This document shows, piece by piece, positions 23,620 through 32,000 of a stretch of 32,000 bases of DNA. Source of the DNA: Corynebacterium glutamicum ATCC 13032 (GTDB lineage: Bacteria; Actinomycetota; Actinomycetes; Mycobacteriales; Mycobacteriaceae); contig NC_003450.3 of NCBI RefSeq assembly GCF_000011325.1, positions 3,090,001-3,122,000 on the forward strand, in the 5' to 3' direction. The notes beneath the pieces are model-generated. The model saw only the letters and a program-made list of their open reading frames with translations, had not been told where the DNA came from and searched no databases. The first letter of the stretch is position 1, and each line of letters begins with the position of its first letter. The position numbers and the translations under genes were made by a program.

Positions 23620-25398
23620 ATGGTTTCGCTCCCCAGACTAGCGTCTCTGCTCACCACTCGCCTGGCAACGCTTAAACCCGCACTAAAACCTGCCACCCAC
23701 CTCGCCTCCCTCGGCGCGCAGGTCATTGCAGAGCTAGTTCCGGGGATCCGAATGTCGCCAAACCGCAGGCGAATCCTCCCTGCAAATATGGGCGCTGGCT
23801 TTATCGGAGCGGAAATCGCAATGTGGTGGGCTCTCTCGCCGTCATTGTTGCCGAAACCGTGGTGGGTTACGGCTGCTAACCTGGCTGTTTTACAAGCGGT
23901 GGGGCATGCGGCAGCGACGGGAATCCACTCGATCCTCCCCAGAACCAACCGGCGGGTATCCAGGAAAATTTACAACGCCACCCACATCGCAACTGGTGCC
24001 ATCACGTTGACCACCACGGTTGTGGGATTGATCAGGCATCGCACCCAAATCCGGCTGATTGGGCAGAAGAATTTTGGACCGAAGGAGACGATCGCGGGCA
24101 TTAGTGTCGGCACCTTGGGGTACGGCGCGCTGCTGATCACCGGCGAATTAACCCAGCACAGTATTAATGAGGTCAAGCTCCTAATTGAGAGGTTTTTACC
24201 GCCGTGGATAAGTTTCATCGCAGCGGTTTCGGTCATTACATTGACCACTTTGACCTTGGCCGATCGCGTTTTGTTGCGGCGCATCTTGCATAATTCTGCA
24301 ATTCAAGCAGCGCACCTTAATCGCATGGTGTTCCCAGGAACTGAGCAGCCGTGGGAGCCGGAGCGTTCGGGTAGCCCGTGGTCGTATGAAAAATGGGGTG
24401 CGGTGGGTTCGCAGGGCCGTGCAGTGTTGTCGGGAGGCCCACGCAAAGATGACATCATCACGGTAACCAGGCTTTCTGACACGGAAACACATGAACCGAT
24501 TCGTATTTTTATCGGTATGGTTCCGGGACGATCCTTAAGCGATCAGGTGGATCTTGTCATTCATGAAATGCGCCGCACGGGAGCCCTGCGCCGCGACCAC
24601 ATCGTGATCAACAATTCCACGGGCACCGGCTGGATCACCGATTGGTCCGCCCACACCTTTGAGTTCCTCACCGGCGGAAACTGCGTGACAATTTCCATGC
24701 AATATTCTTATCTTCCCAGTGCACTGAGCTGGTACAAGGACAACGACGGCCCCATTAATGCGGCGAGAATGCTTATCGACGCCGTCCTCCACGAGCTAGA
24801 CCAGCTTCCCACCGGGAGTCGCCCAAAGCTGTTCCTCGCGGGAGAGTCACTGGGGGCGTATGGGTTGGCTGAGGTGTGGGGAGACGTCGAAAAGCTTCTT
24901 GGAACCGCTGACGGCGTGCTGCTCAGTGGGGCGCCGCGTTTTTCGGACGCCATGAATGCGTTGCGCACCCGGCGCGATGCGAGCAGCTCCGAGCGGCTGC
25001 CCGTGATTGATAGCGGGCGGCACATCCGTTTTGCGGGCGAGCCTGAGCACCTTGATATGCCGGCTACCTGGCAGTTTCCGCGCATGATCGTGGCGCAGCA
25101 CGCCTCTGATCCAATTGTGTGGTGGAACGCGGAGCTGTTTATTCGGCGGCCGGAATGGTTGAAAACTCCCAAGCAAGACCACCAAGATGTCTTTCCCCGC
25201 TTGCGATGGATGCCGTTTGTAACCGGCTGGCAGGTGGCTTTGGATTTGTTCACTTCAACCTCCGTTCCCGGCGGGCACGGGCACAATTATCACGAGGAGT
25301 TTATTGATTATTGGGCAGCTCTTTTGGACCGCGAAGTCACCCCCGAGCTGCGCCACAGCATTGCTTATTGGATCCGCGCGAACCACATCAAACGCTAG
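23620..25398 (+). CDS. Membrane-anchored alpha/beta-hydrolase family protein of unknown function
   Basis: The 592-aa ORF has an N-terminal ~230 aa with several hydrophobic helices and a C-terminal hydrolase domain with a GxSxG elbow (AGESLGAYG). The start codon is uncertain. Confidence 0.8.
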   Translation: MVSLPRLASLLTTRLATLKPALKPATHLASLGAQVIAELVPGIRMSPNRRRILPANMGAGFIGAEIAMWWALSPSLLPKPWWVTAANLAVLQAVGHAAATGIHSILPRTNRRVSRKIYNATHIATGAITLTTTVVGLIRHRTQIRLIGQKNFGPKETIAGISVGTLGYGALLITGELTQHSINEVKLLIERFLPPWISFIAAVSVITLTTLTLADRVLLRRILHNSAIQAAHLNRMVFPGTEQPWEPERSGSPWSYEKWGAVGSQGRAVLSGGPRKDDIITVTRLSDTETHEPIRIFIGMVPGRSLSDQVDLVIHEMRRTGALRRDHIVINNSTGTGWITDWSAHTFEFLTGGNCVTISMQYSYLPSALSWYKDNDGPINAARMLIDAVLHELDQLPTGSRPKLFLAGESLGAYGLAEVWGDVEKLLGTADGVLLSGAPRFSDAMNALRTRRDASSSERLPVIDSGRHIRFAGEPEHLDMPATWQFPRMIVAQHASDPIVWWNAELFIRRPEWLKTPKQDHQDVFPRLRWMPFVTGWQVALDLFTSTSVPGGHGHNYHEEFIDYWAALLDREVTPELRHSIAYWIRANHIKR

Positions 25399-25407
25399 AG
25401 TGATTCC

Positions 25408-26046
25408 ATGACGCATGCGATCCTCTTTGACCTCGACGGCACCCTCGTTGATCACGCTTCCGCCGCCCGCGCCGCCCTGCACGCCTGGTCGCCGACCGTG
25501 GGCGTCGACACGGATGTTGAGCGCTGGATTGAGCTGGATAAGTGGGGTTTTGCCCGTTTTGAGCGCGGCGAAACCACGCATTTAGGTCAGCGGCGCGACC
25601 GCATCAGGGCGTACCTCAACAGAGAGCTTGACGACGCCACCTGCGATGATATTTACTCCGGCTACCTTAAAGCATATGAGCAAAACTGGACTGCCTACCC
25701 CGATGCCAAGGGCGTTCTCGATCGCGCGGTAGCCACCGGTGCCCCTGTGGGAATCCTGACCAATGGCGCAGCCCCCATGCAGCAAGACAAGCTTGATCGC
25801 ACCGGCCTTGGCCTGCCAGAACTCGTCATGTTGGCGGCGTCCACTCTGGATTCTGCGAAGCCTCGCCCCGAAATGTATGCCCGAGCGCTCACCCATTTGG
25901 GTGCCCGAACCGCAACAATTATCGGCGATGATTGGACCAACGATGTCGCAGCTCCCCGCGAACTTGGCTGGAATGCTCTCTATTTAGATCGTTCCGGAAC
26001 CGATCCACGCGCCGATATCCACTCCCTGGATGAACTCTTTCACTAG
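25408..26046 (+). CDS. HAD-superfamily hydrolase (subfamily IA-like)
   Basis: The 212-aa ORF has motif I (ILFDLDGTLVD) and a C-terminal IGDDWTNDV motif. Confidence 0.88.
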   Translation: MTHAILFDLDGTLVDHASAARAALHAWSPTVGVDTDVERWIELDKWGFARFERGETTHLGQRRDRIRAYLNRELDDATCDDIYSGYLKAYEQNWTAYPDAKGVLDRAVATGAPVGILTNGAAPMQQDKLDRTGLGLPELVMLAASTLDSAKPRPEMYARALTHLGARTATIIGDDWTNDVAAPRELGWNALYLDRSGTDPRADIHSLDELFH

Positions 26047-26079
26047 GCTGGCCTTTATTGTTTCCGGAAAGGGGTTGCT

Positions 26080-26625
26080 ATGAAAATTGGTGTCATCCTG
26101 GGCAGTATCCGCGAAGGCCGCTTCGGCCAAGGCGTTGCCGATTGGGTCATGGAACAAATCGGGGCTTATGACGCACCCGATGTGGAATTTGAACTCATCG
26201 ACCTCAAAGCTTTCAACGTGCCCCTGTTGGAATCCGCGACAGTTCCAGGTTCCGCGGATAAACAGTACGACGACCCGCGCGTAACTGCCTGGTCACAGGC
26301 CATTGATGCCTGCGATGCCTTCCTTTTCATCACCCCGGAATACAACCACGGTGTGCCCGGCGCGTTCAAAAATGCGTATGACATCCTGGGCAATGAATGG
26401 CTGAACAAAACCGTCGGTTTCATTTCCTACGGTGCAGTCGAAGGGATCCGTGTTGTCGAACAGTGGCGTCAGATCGTCGCCACCTTCAACATGTACGATA
26501 TCCGCAGCCAGCTATCCTTTTCCACCTTCACCGAGAACAACAACGGCACTTTTGCGCCCAATGATCGACGCCCCGGTGAACTAATCCGCCTCCTTGATAG
26601 CCTCCTAACGGCTGTCCGCGATTAA
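26080..26625 (+). CDS. NADPH-dependent FMN reductase family protein
   Basis: The 181-aa flavodoxin-like ORF contains MKIGVILGSIREGRFG and ITPEYNHGVPGAFKNAYD. Confidence 0.88.
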   Translation: MKIGVILGSIREGRFGQGVADWVMEQIGAYDAPDVEFELIDLKAFNVPLLESATVPGSADKQYDDPRVTAWSQAIDACDAFLFITPEYNHGVPGAFKNAYDILGNEWLNKTVGFISYGAVEGIRVVEQWRQIVATFNMYDIRSQLSFSTFTENNNGTFAPNDRRPGELIRLLDSLLTAVRD

Positions 26626-26640
26626 GGCTCTGAAATACTA

Positions 26641-27336
26641 ATGAGTGTGAAAGCACATGAATCTGTCATGGATTGGGTCACCGAGGAGCTCCGCAGCGGT
26701 CGCCTAAAAATCGGTGACCACCTCCCCAGCGAACGGGCGCTCTCCGAAACCCTCGGAGTTTCCCGAAGCTCCCTGCGCGAGGCGCTTCGTGTGCTCGAAG
26801 CCCTCGGCACCATTTCCACCGCCACCGGATCCGGCCCGCGGTCTGGCACCATCATCACTGCTGCCCCTGGCCAGGCGCTTTCCCTCTCCGTGACGCTGCA
26901 GTTGGTCACCAACCAGGTCGGCCACCACGATATTTATGAAACCCGCCAACTCCTTGAAGGCTGGGCTGCCCTGCATTCCAGCGCCGAACGTGGCGACTGG
27001 GACGTGGCAGAAGCGTTGCTGGAAAAGATGGACGACCCCTCGCTACCGCTCGAGGATTTTTTGCGTTTCGACGCCGAATTCCACGTTGTTATCTCCAAAG
27101 GCGCGGAAAACCCTCTGATCAGTACGCTCATGGAAGCCCTCCGTTTGTCCGTGGCAGATCACACCGTTGCCAGGGCCCGGGCGCTCCCCGATTGGCGAGC
27201 CACCTCGGCGCGTCTGCAGAAAGAACACCGCGCAATCCTCGCAGCACTTCGCGCAGGCGAATCCACAGTGGCCGCAACCTTGATCAAAGAACACATCGAA
27301 GGCTACTACGAAGAAACCGCTGCCGCCGAGGCCTAA
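26641..27336 (+). CDS. lldR: FadR-subfamily GntR regulator of L-lactate utilisation
   Basis: The 231-aa ORF has a wHTH (LPSERALSETLGVSRSSLREALRVLEALG) plus an FCD domain. It lies two genes upstream of the permease-lldD operon, and its cognate-type operators are present in the window. Confidence 0.88.
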   Translation: MSVKAHESVMDWVTEELRSGRLKIGDHLPSERALSETLGVSRSSLREALRVLEALGTISTATGSGPRSGTIITAAPGQALSLSVTLQLVTNQVGHHDIYETRQLLEGWAALHSSAERGDWDVAEALLEKMDDPSLPLEDFLRFDAEFHVVISKGAENPLISTLMEALRLSVADHTVARARALPDWRATSARLQKEHRAILAALRAGESTVAATLIKEHIEGYYEETAAAEA

Positions 27337-28125
27337 ATGTCCCGCACTCTGTGGGCGGTTTCAGATCTACACGTCACCTTCGCCCAAAACCAAAACACCG
27401 TTGATGCCCTCATGCCGCAGGACCCCGGCGACTGGCTGATCGTCGCTGGCGATGTAGCAGAGAAAATCCCCGATGTGGTACGTACCTTATCCGCGCTGGT
27501 CAAACGCTTTGACACCGTGATTTGGGTGCCGGGCAACCACGAACTCTTCAACCGGAAAACAGACCGCGTCAACGGCAAAGCCCGCTACCGAGCATTAGTC
27601 GGACAACTCCGAGCCATCGGCGTGATCACCCCCGAAGATCCCTATCCGATCTTTGGTGGCGTCACCATCTGCCCACTTTTCACACTTTACGATTACTCTT
27701 TCCGTCCCCTCGGCCTCACCGCGAAACAAGCCCTCGCCCAAGCAAAAATAAAGCTAGACGACGAACTAGCCATCGCCCCCTACGTAGACATCCCCGCCTG
27801 GTGCGCCGAACGAGTCACCTACACAGAAGACCGCCTAAAAGCCACCAAAGGCCCAAAAGTCCTGGTCAATCACTGGCCGCTGGTCATTGAGCCCACCCAC
27901 CGGCTCTTCCAAAAAGACATCGCGCTGTGGTGTGGAACCACCGCCACCAGGGATTGGGCCGTACGATTCAACGCTCTCATGGCCATTCACGGTCACCTAC
28001 ATATTCCTGCCGAAACCCGCGTTGATGGGGTAAGCCACGTGGAGGTTTCTTTGGGTTACCCCTTTGAAAAACACCCACCTCACATGAAGCGTCCGTGGCC
28101 GTTTCCGGTCATGCAGATTAACTAA
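27337..28125 (+). CDS. Calcineurin-like metallophosphoesterase
   Basis: The 262-aa ORF has the motifs SDLHV, AGDV, VPGNHE and IHGHLH. Its ATG directly abuts the lldR stop (TAAATG at 27334-27339). Confidence 0.88.
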   Translation: MSRTLWAVSDLHVTFAQNQNTVDALMPQDPGDWLIVAGDVAEKIPDVVRTLSALVKRFDTVIWVPGNHELFNRKTDRVNGKARYRALVGQLRAIGVITPEDPYPIFGGVTICPLFTLYDYSFRPLGLTAKQALAQAKIKLDDELAIAPYVDIPAWCAERVTYTEDRLKATKGPKVLVNHWPLVIEPTHRLFQKDIALWCGTTATRDWAVRFNALMAIHGHLHIPAETRVDGVSHVEVSLGYPFEKHPPHMKRPWPFPVMQIN

Positions 28126-28175
28126 CTCTGTTGCTTAAATGGGGGTAATTGGATTCGACTGTTTTCCACACCCCA

Positions 28176-28205
28176 TTGACAATTAAAGGTGACACGCCTT
28201 ACATT
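28176..28205 (+). promoter_or_regulatory. Putative sigma-70-type promoter of the permease-lldD operon
   Basis: TTGACA (28176-28181) and TACATT (28200-28205) are separated by an 18-nt spacer. The predicted TSS falls inside the operator at 28210-28220. Confidence 0.6.
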
Positions 28206-28209
28206 CTTG

Positions 28210-28220
28210 TGGTCTGACCA
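28210..28220 (+). promoter_or_regulatory. LldR operator of the permease-lldD operon
   Basis: TGGTCTGACCA is a perfect 5-1-5 palindrome that fits TNGTNNNACNA. It lies 65 nt upstream of ATG 28285, directly after the -10 box. Confidence 0.75.
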
Positions 28221-28284
28221 TGAGGTTGGGCCAATCGGTTTCAGCCCGTTTACTCCCGCCGTCCGTTTCAGAGAAGAGGTCACC

Positions 28285-29586
28285 ATGACAACCGCAGTAG
28301 ATCAAAACTCACCGCCCAAGCAGCAACTCAACAAGCGCGTCCTGCTGGGCAGCTTGAGTGGCAGCGTTATCGAATGGTTCGACTTCCTGGTTTACGGAAC
28401 CGTCGCCGCGCTGGTCTTCAACAAGATGTACTTCCCCAGCGGCAACGAGTTCCTCTCCACAATCCTGGCGTACGCATCCTTCTCCCTGACCTTCTTCTTC
28501 CGCCCCATTGGTGGCGTCATCTTCGCCCACATCGGCGACCGCATTGGGCGTAAGAAGACCCTGTTCATCACCTTGATGCTCATGGGTGGCGGCACCGTCG
28601 CCATTGGTTTGCTGCCCGACTACAACGCCATCGGCATTTGGGCACCAATCCTTCTGATGTTCCTCCGCATTTTGCAGGGCATCGGAATTGGCGGCGAATG
28701 GGGTGGCGCACTGCTCCTGGCATACGAATACGCTCCAAAGAAGCAGCGTGGGCTCTACGGCGCAGTTCCTCAAATGGGCATTTCCCTGGGCATGCTGCTT
28801 GCAGCTGGCGTGATCTCTCTGCTCACCCTCATGCCGGAAGATCAGTTCCTCACCTGGGGCTGGCGCATCCCATTCGTCGGATCCATCCTCCTAGTGTTCA
28901 TCGGCCTGTTCATCCGAAACGGCCTTGATGAAACCCCCGAGTTCAAGCGTATCCGCGATTCCGGCCAGCAGGTAAAGATGCCTCTGAAGGAAGTTCTGAC
29001 CAAGTACTGGCCAGCCGTTCTGGTCTCCATCGGCGCAAAAGCTGCCGAGACCGGCCCCTTCTACATCTTCGGCACCTACATCGTTGCTTACGCAACCAAC
29101 TTCCTGAACATCCGCGACAACATTGTCCTTCTGGCAGTTGCTTGCGCCGCCCTCGTTGCCACCATCTGGATGCCACTGTTCGGATCCTTCTCCGACCGCG
29201 TCAACCGTGCAGTGCTCTACAGGATCTGTGCATCCGCAACCATCGTGCTGATTGTCCCTTACTACTTGGTCCTCAACACCGGCGAAATTTGGGCACTGTT
29301 TATCACTACCGTGATTGGCTTCGGCATCCTCTGGGGTAGCGTCAACGCAATCCTCGGAACCGTCATCGCAGAAAACTTCGCACCTGAGGTCCGCTACACC
29401 GGCGCTACCCTGGGTTACCAAGTCGGAGCAGCACTCTTCGGCGGTACCGCACCCATTATCGCAGCATGGCTGTTCGAAATCTCCGGCGGACAATGGTGGC
29501 CAATCGCCGTCTACGTCGCTGCATGTTGCCTTCTCTCTGTGATCGCCTCGTTCTTCATCCAACGCGTCGCGCACCAAGAGAACTAA
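28285..29586 (+). CDS. MFS transporter (metabolite:H+ symporter type), co-transcribed with lldD
   Basis: The start is at MTTAVDQNSPPKQQ (ATG 28285, after GAAGAGG). It has 12-TM-like hydrophobicity and the MFS motif GDRIGRKK. The track ORF extends 32 codons upstream across the promoter and operator. Confidence 0.9.
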   Translation: MTTAVDQNSPPKQQLNKRVLLGSLSGSVIEWFDFLVYGTVAALVFNKMYFPSGNEFLSTILAYASFSLTFFFRPIGGVIFAHIGDRIGRKKTLFITLMLMGGGTVAIGLLPDYNAIGIWAPILLMFLRILQGIGIGGEWGGALLLAYEYAPKKQRGLYGAVPQMGISLGMLLAAGVISLLTLMPEDQFLTWGWRIPFVGSILLVFIGLFIRNGLDETPEFKRIRDSGQQVKMPLKEVLTKYWPAVLVSIGAKAAETGPFYIFGTYIVAYATNFLNIRDNIVLLAVACAALVATIWMPLFGSFSDRVNRAVLYRICASATIVLIVPYYLVLNTGEIWALFITTVIGFGILWGSVNAILGTVIAENFAPEVRYTGATLGYQVGAALFGGTAPIIAAWLFEISGGQWWPIAVYVAACCLLSVIASFFIQRVAHQEN

Positions 29587-29620
29587 AATCTAAGTAAAAC
29601 CCCTCCGAAAGGAACCACCC

Positions 29621-30883
29621 ATGGTGAAACGTCAACTGCCCAACCCCGCAGAACTACTCGAACTCATGAAGTTCAAAAAGCCAGAGCTCAACGGCAAGAA
29701 ACGACGCCTAGACTCCGCGCTCACCATCTACGACCTGCGTAAAATTGCTAAACGACGCACCCCAGCTGCCGCGTTCGACTACACCGACGGCGCAGCCGAG
29801 GCCGAACTCTCAATCACACGCGCACGTGAAGCATTCGAAAACATCGAATTCCACCCAGACATCCTCAAGCCTGCAGAACACGTAGACACCACCACCCAAA
29901 TCCTGGGCGGAACCTCCTCCATGCCATTCGGCATCGCACCAACCGGCTTCACCCGCCTCATGCAGACCGAAGGTGAAATCGCAGGTGCCGGAGCTGCAGG
30001 CGCTGCAGGAATTCCTTTCACCCTGTCCACCCTGGGCACTACCTCCATCGAAGACGTCAAGGCCACCAACCCCAACGGCCGAAACTGGTTCCAGCTCTAC
30101 GTCATGCGCGACCGCGAAATCTCCTACGGCCTCGTCGAACGCGCAGCCAAAGCAGGATTCGACACCCTGATGTTCACCGTGGATACCCCCATCGCCGGCT
30201 ACCGCATCCGCGATTCCCGCAACGGATTCTCCATCCCGCCACAGCTGACCCCATCCACCGTGCTCAATGCAATCCCACGCCCATGGTGGTGGATCGACTT
30301 CCTGACCACCCCAACCCTTGAGTTCGCATCCCTTTCCTCGACCGGCGGAACCGTGGGCGACCTCCTCAACTCCGCGATGGATCCCACCATTTCTTACGAA
30401 GACCTCAAGGTCATCCGTGAAATGTGGCCAGGCAAGCTCGTAGTCAAGGGTGTCCAGAACGTTGAAGACTCCGTCAAACTCCTCGACCAAGGCGTCGACG
30501 GCCTCATCCTCTCCAACCACGGTGGCCGTCAACTCGACCGCGCACCAGTCCCATTCCACCTCCTGCCACAGGTACGCAAGGAAGTCGGATCTGAACCAAC
30601 CATCATGATCGACACCGGCATCATGAACGGCGCCGACATCGTCGCAGCCGTAGCCATGGGCGCTGACTTCACCCTCATCGGTCGTGCCTACCTCTACGGA
30701 CTCATGGCCGGAGGCCGCGAAGGCGTCGACCGCACCATCGCCATTCTCCGCAGCGAGATCACCCGCACCATGGCTCTCCTCGGTGTTTCCTCCCTCGAAG
30801 AACTCGAGCCACGCCACGTCACCCAGCTGGCCAAGATGGTTCCAGTTTCTGACGCAACTCGTTCTGCAGCGGCGGAGATTTAA
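29621..30883 (+). CDS. lldD: FMN-dependent (quinone-linked) L-lactate dehydrogenase
   Basis: This 420-aa alpha-hydroxy-acid oxidoreductase has the motifs [12 protein letters not shown] and [22 protein letters not shown] is present, and the gene starts 34 nt after the permease gene. Confidence 0.95.
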   Translation: MVKRQLPNPAELLELMKFKKPELNGKKRRLDSALTIYDLRKIAKRRTPAAAFDYTDGAAEAELSITRAREAFENIEFHPDILKPAEHVDTTTQILGGTSSMPFGIAPTGFTRLMQTEGEIAGAGAAGAAGIPFTLSTLGTTSIEDVKATNPNGRNWFQLYVMRDREISYGLVERAAKAGFDTLMFTVDTPIAGYRIRDSRNGFSIPPQLTPSTVLNAIPRPWWWIDFLTTPTLEFASLSSTGGTVGDLLNSAMDPTISYEDLKVIREMWPGKLVVKGVQNVEDSVKLLDQGVDGLILSNHGGRQLDRAPVPFHLLPQVRKEVGSEPTIMIDTGIMNGADIVAAVAMGADFTLIGRAYLYGLMAGGREGVDRTIAILRSEITRTMALLGVSSLEELEPRHVTQLAKMVPVSDATRSAAAEI

Positions 30884-30906
30884 AAGTTTCTCTCCTTAGC
30901 TATTAA

Positions 30907-30936
30907 AAGGTGCCCATCCGTTTGGATGGGCACCTT
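30907..30936 (+). terminator. Rho-independent terminator of lldD
   Basis: AAGGTGCCCATCC pairs with GGATGGGCACCTT across a GTTT loop, followed by CTCGTTTCTT. Confidence 0.8.
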
Positions 30937-31080
30937 CTCGTTTCTTGCAATCGGCATATTCAGTCAAAAAATGTTGAAATCAGCACTTTCAATTTGGGAC
31001 ATCTACTCTTAGGAGAAAAGCCACAAACCTTTCCCACCCCACAACCGTGTGTTCTGCAGTCGACCCAGTTTAGAGGAAAC

Positions 31081-31516
31081 ATGAGTGACTTCACGGAAAA
31101 TACTTGGACTGTCCACTACGACGAAGATGGTGATTTCCCAAAATTCTTCAACTCTCTAAAGGAACACGAGCGCGCTGCAGTTATCTTGACCATCGAAAAT
31201 ATTCTAACTCCTCTAGGCATTAACATTTGCCAGACTGAATGGGGAAAAGCGCTGGGCCAGGGCCTTTACGAAATTAGGATTAGACATACCGTAAAAAAAT
31301 CTCAAGAACCTCACTAGAAATTCAGGCTCAGAACTAGCCCTCAACGCTGGAGAAAACTCACCGGTGTTGCTTCGGGTATTTTGTACTTTTCATGGAAAGA
31401 AGATTGTCTTGCTACTCGGCGGATATAACAAACAGCGAGACTCTTCAAAGAAGCGCCAAGAAACTGAAATTAAGCGAGCCCGAAAAGTCCTCAAAGCATG
31501 GAAAGCCAAACAGTGA
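31081..31516 (+). pseudogene. HigB / Gp49-like (RelE/ParE superfamily) toxin gene split by a frameshift at an A7 run
   Basis: The N-terminal part runs in frame 1 (31081-31317, ...GLYEIRIRHTVKKSQEPH*). The C-terminal part runs in frame 2 (open from 31295 to TGA at 31514-31516, ...VLLRVFCTFHGKKIVLLLGGYNKQRDSSKKRQETEIKRARKVLKAWKAKQ*). The two frames overlap at AAAAAAA (31293-31299). An AGAGGA RBS precedes ATG 31081. Confidence 0.75.
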
Positions 31517-31598
31517 CCATTGATAGAATATGTGTCAAAACATATATTTGGATTTGTGCTTTTACTTGTCTCGCGAATTGGCAATAGGAGTCAGCAAC

Positions 31599-31913
31599 AT
31601 GTCATTAAAGAGTTTTAGTTCTCTAGCACAATCAGAGAAGTCAACATGGAGTAAAGAAGCTAAGCAAGATTACGAGGACGCTTCCGCGCTAATCACTCAA
31701 GAACTCGCCTCACGAAAAGCTCTTGGCCAAAAACTAGTCAAGGCTCGGAAACAACGAGGAGTCACCCAAGTTCAACTTGCTGAAGCTTCTGGAGTCCAAC
31801 AGGCAGAAATAAGCAAGATTGAACGTGGCCTCGCCAATCCCACTTTTTCCACACTTGAAAGCCTCGCATCCCACCTAGGACTTCAATTCACTTTTACAGA
31901 ATCAGCCGCATAG
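31599..31913 (+). CDS. XRE-family HTH antitoxin (HigA-like)
   Basis: The start is at MSLKSFSS (ATG 31599, AGGAG at 31586-31590). The HTH is RGVTQVQLAEASGVQQAEISKIERG. It lies downstream of the toxin, as in higBA modules. Confidence 0.82.
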   Translation: MSLKSFSSLAQSEKSTWSKEAKQDYEDASALITQELASRKALGQKLVKARKQRGVTQVQLAEASGVQQAEISKIERGLANPTFSTLESLASHLGLQFTFTESAA

Positions 31914-31945
31914 CATCCAACCCTTAATAAATAACTCCAAAAGTT

Positions 31946-31976
31946 GGGGCACCAATTATTGAATAATTGGTGCCCC
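31946..31976. terminator. Bidirectional rho-independent terminator
   Basis: GGGGCACCAATTATT and AATAATTGGTGCCCC form a perfect 15-bp palindrome, flanked by CCAAAAGTT on the left and ACTTTTTGG on the right. Confidence 0.85.
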
Positions 31977-32000
31977 ACTTTTTGGACTTTTATTCAGTTC

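Noticed and set aside
30910-31080. The track suggests an N-terminal extension of the toxin ORF, starting at 30910.
   Set aside because: The extension begins at a non-ATG codon inside the lldD terminator hairpin. ATG 31081 has a proper AGAGGA RBS, and the conserved HigB-like sequence starts there.
1-32000. I searched for tRNA, rRNA, riboswitch, integrase or transposase signatures.
   Set aside because: I recognised none by eye. No cloverleaf-like conserved tRNA boxes appear in the intergenic regions, and no DDE or tyrosine-recombinase-like ORF appears in the track. A covariance-model scan (tRNAscan-SE or Infernal) would be needed to exclude small RNAs formally.

Overview
The window looks like a core-chromosome segment of a Corynebacterium glutamicum-type actinobacterium. 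This identification rests on my recognition of the protein sequences and gene order and was not checked against any database. I call 29 protein-coding genes and one frameshifted toxin pseudogene, and found no rRNA, tRNA, CRISPR array or transposase. The gene order is: LGFP-repeat secreted protein (3' part), then the minus-strand run serS / PlsC-type acyltransferase / Cof-type HAD / glpK. Next come a HutC/GntR regulator (farR-like), a Septum_form-domain protein coupled to a small zincin, a histidine phosphatase, pheA, and an amidase coupled to a CPBP protease. These are followed by the LCP protein (lcpB-like), a DUF3500-like lipoprotein, an AhpD/CMD-like protein, a DUF3500 lipoprotein, a conserved hypothetical, glpQ and gntP. 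After a ~940-bp gene-free island come the noncanonical pyruvate kinase (pyk2) and ldhA, then a membrane alpha/beta-hydrolase, a HAD hydrolase, an FMN reductase, lldR, a metallophosphoesterase, an MFS permease, lldD, and a lower-GC higBA-like toxin-antitoxin locus. Five observations deserve a second look. (1) The gntP-pyk2 island is bounded by long imperfect inverted repeats and holds four copies of a 23-nt motif with no credible CDS. (2) A 113-bp hairpin-forming extragenic repeat occurs twice, both times between convergent genes. (3) Two DUF3500 lipoprotein paralogs flank a CxxC AhpD-like gene, and one paralog has lost all the conserved histidines. (4) The identical 11-mer TGGTCTGACCA, an LldR-type operator, sits in front of both ldhA and the permease-lldD operon. 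(5) A HigB-like toxin gene is interrupted at an A7 run. The many long antisense ORFs in the track are codon-aligned shadow frames, and I rejected them.
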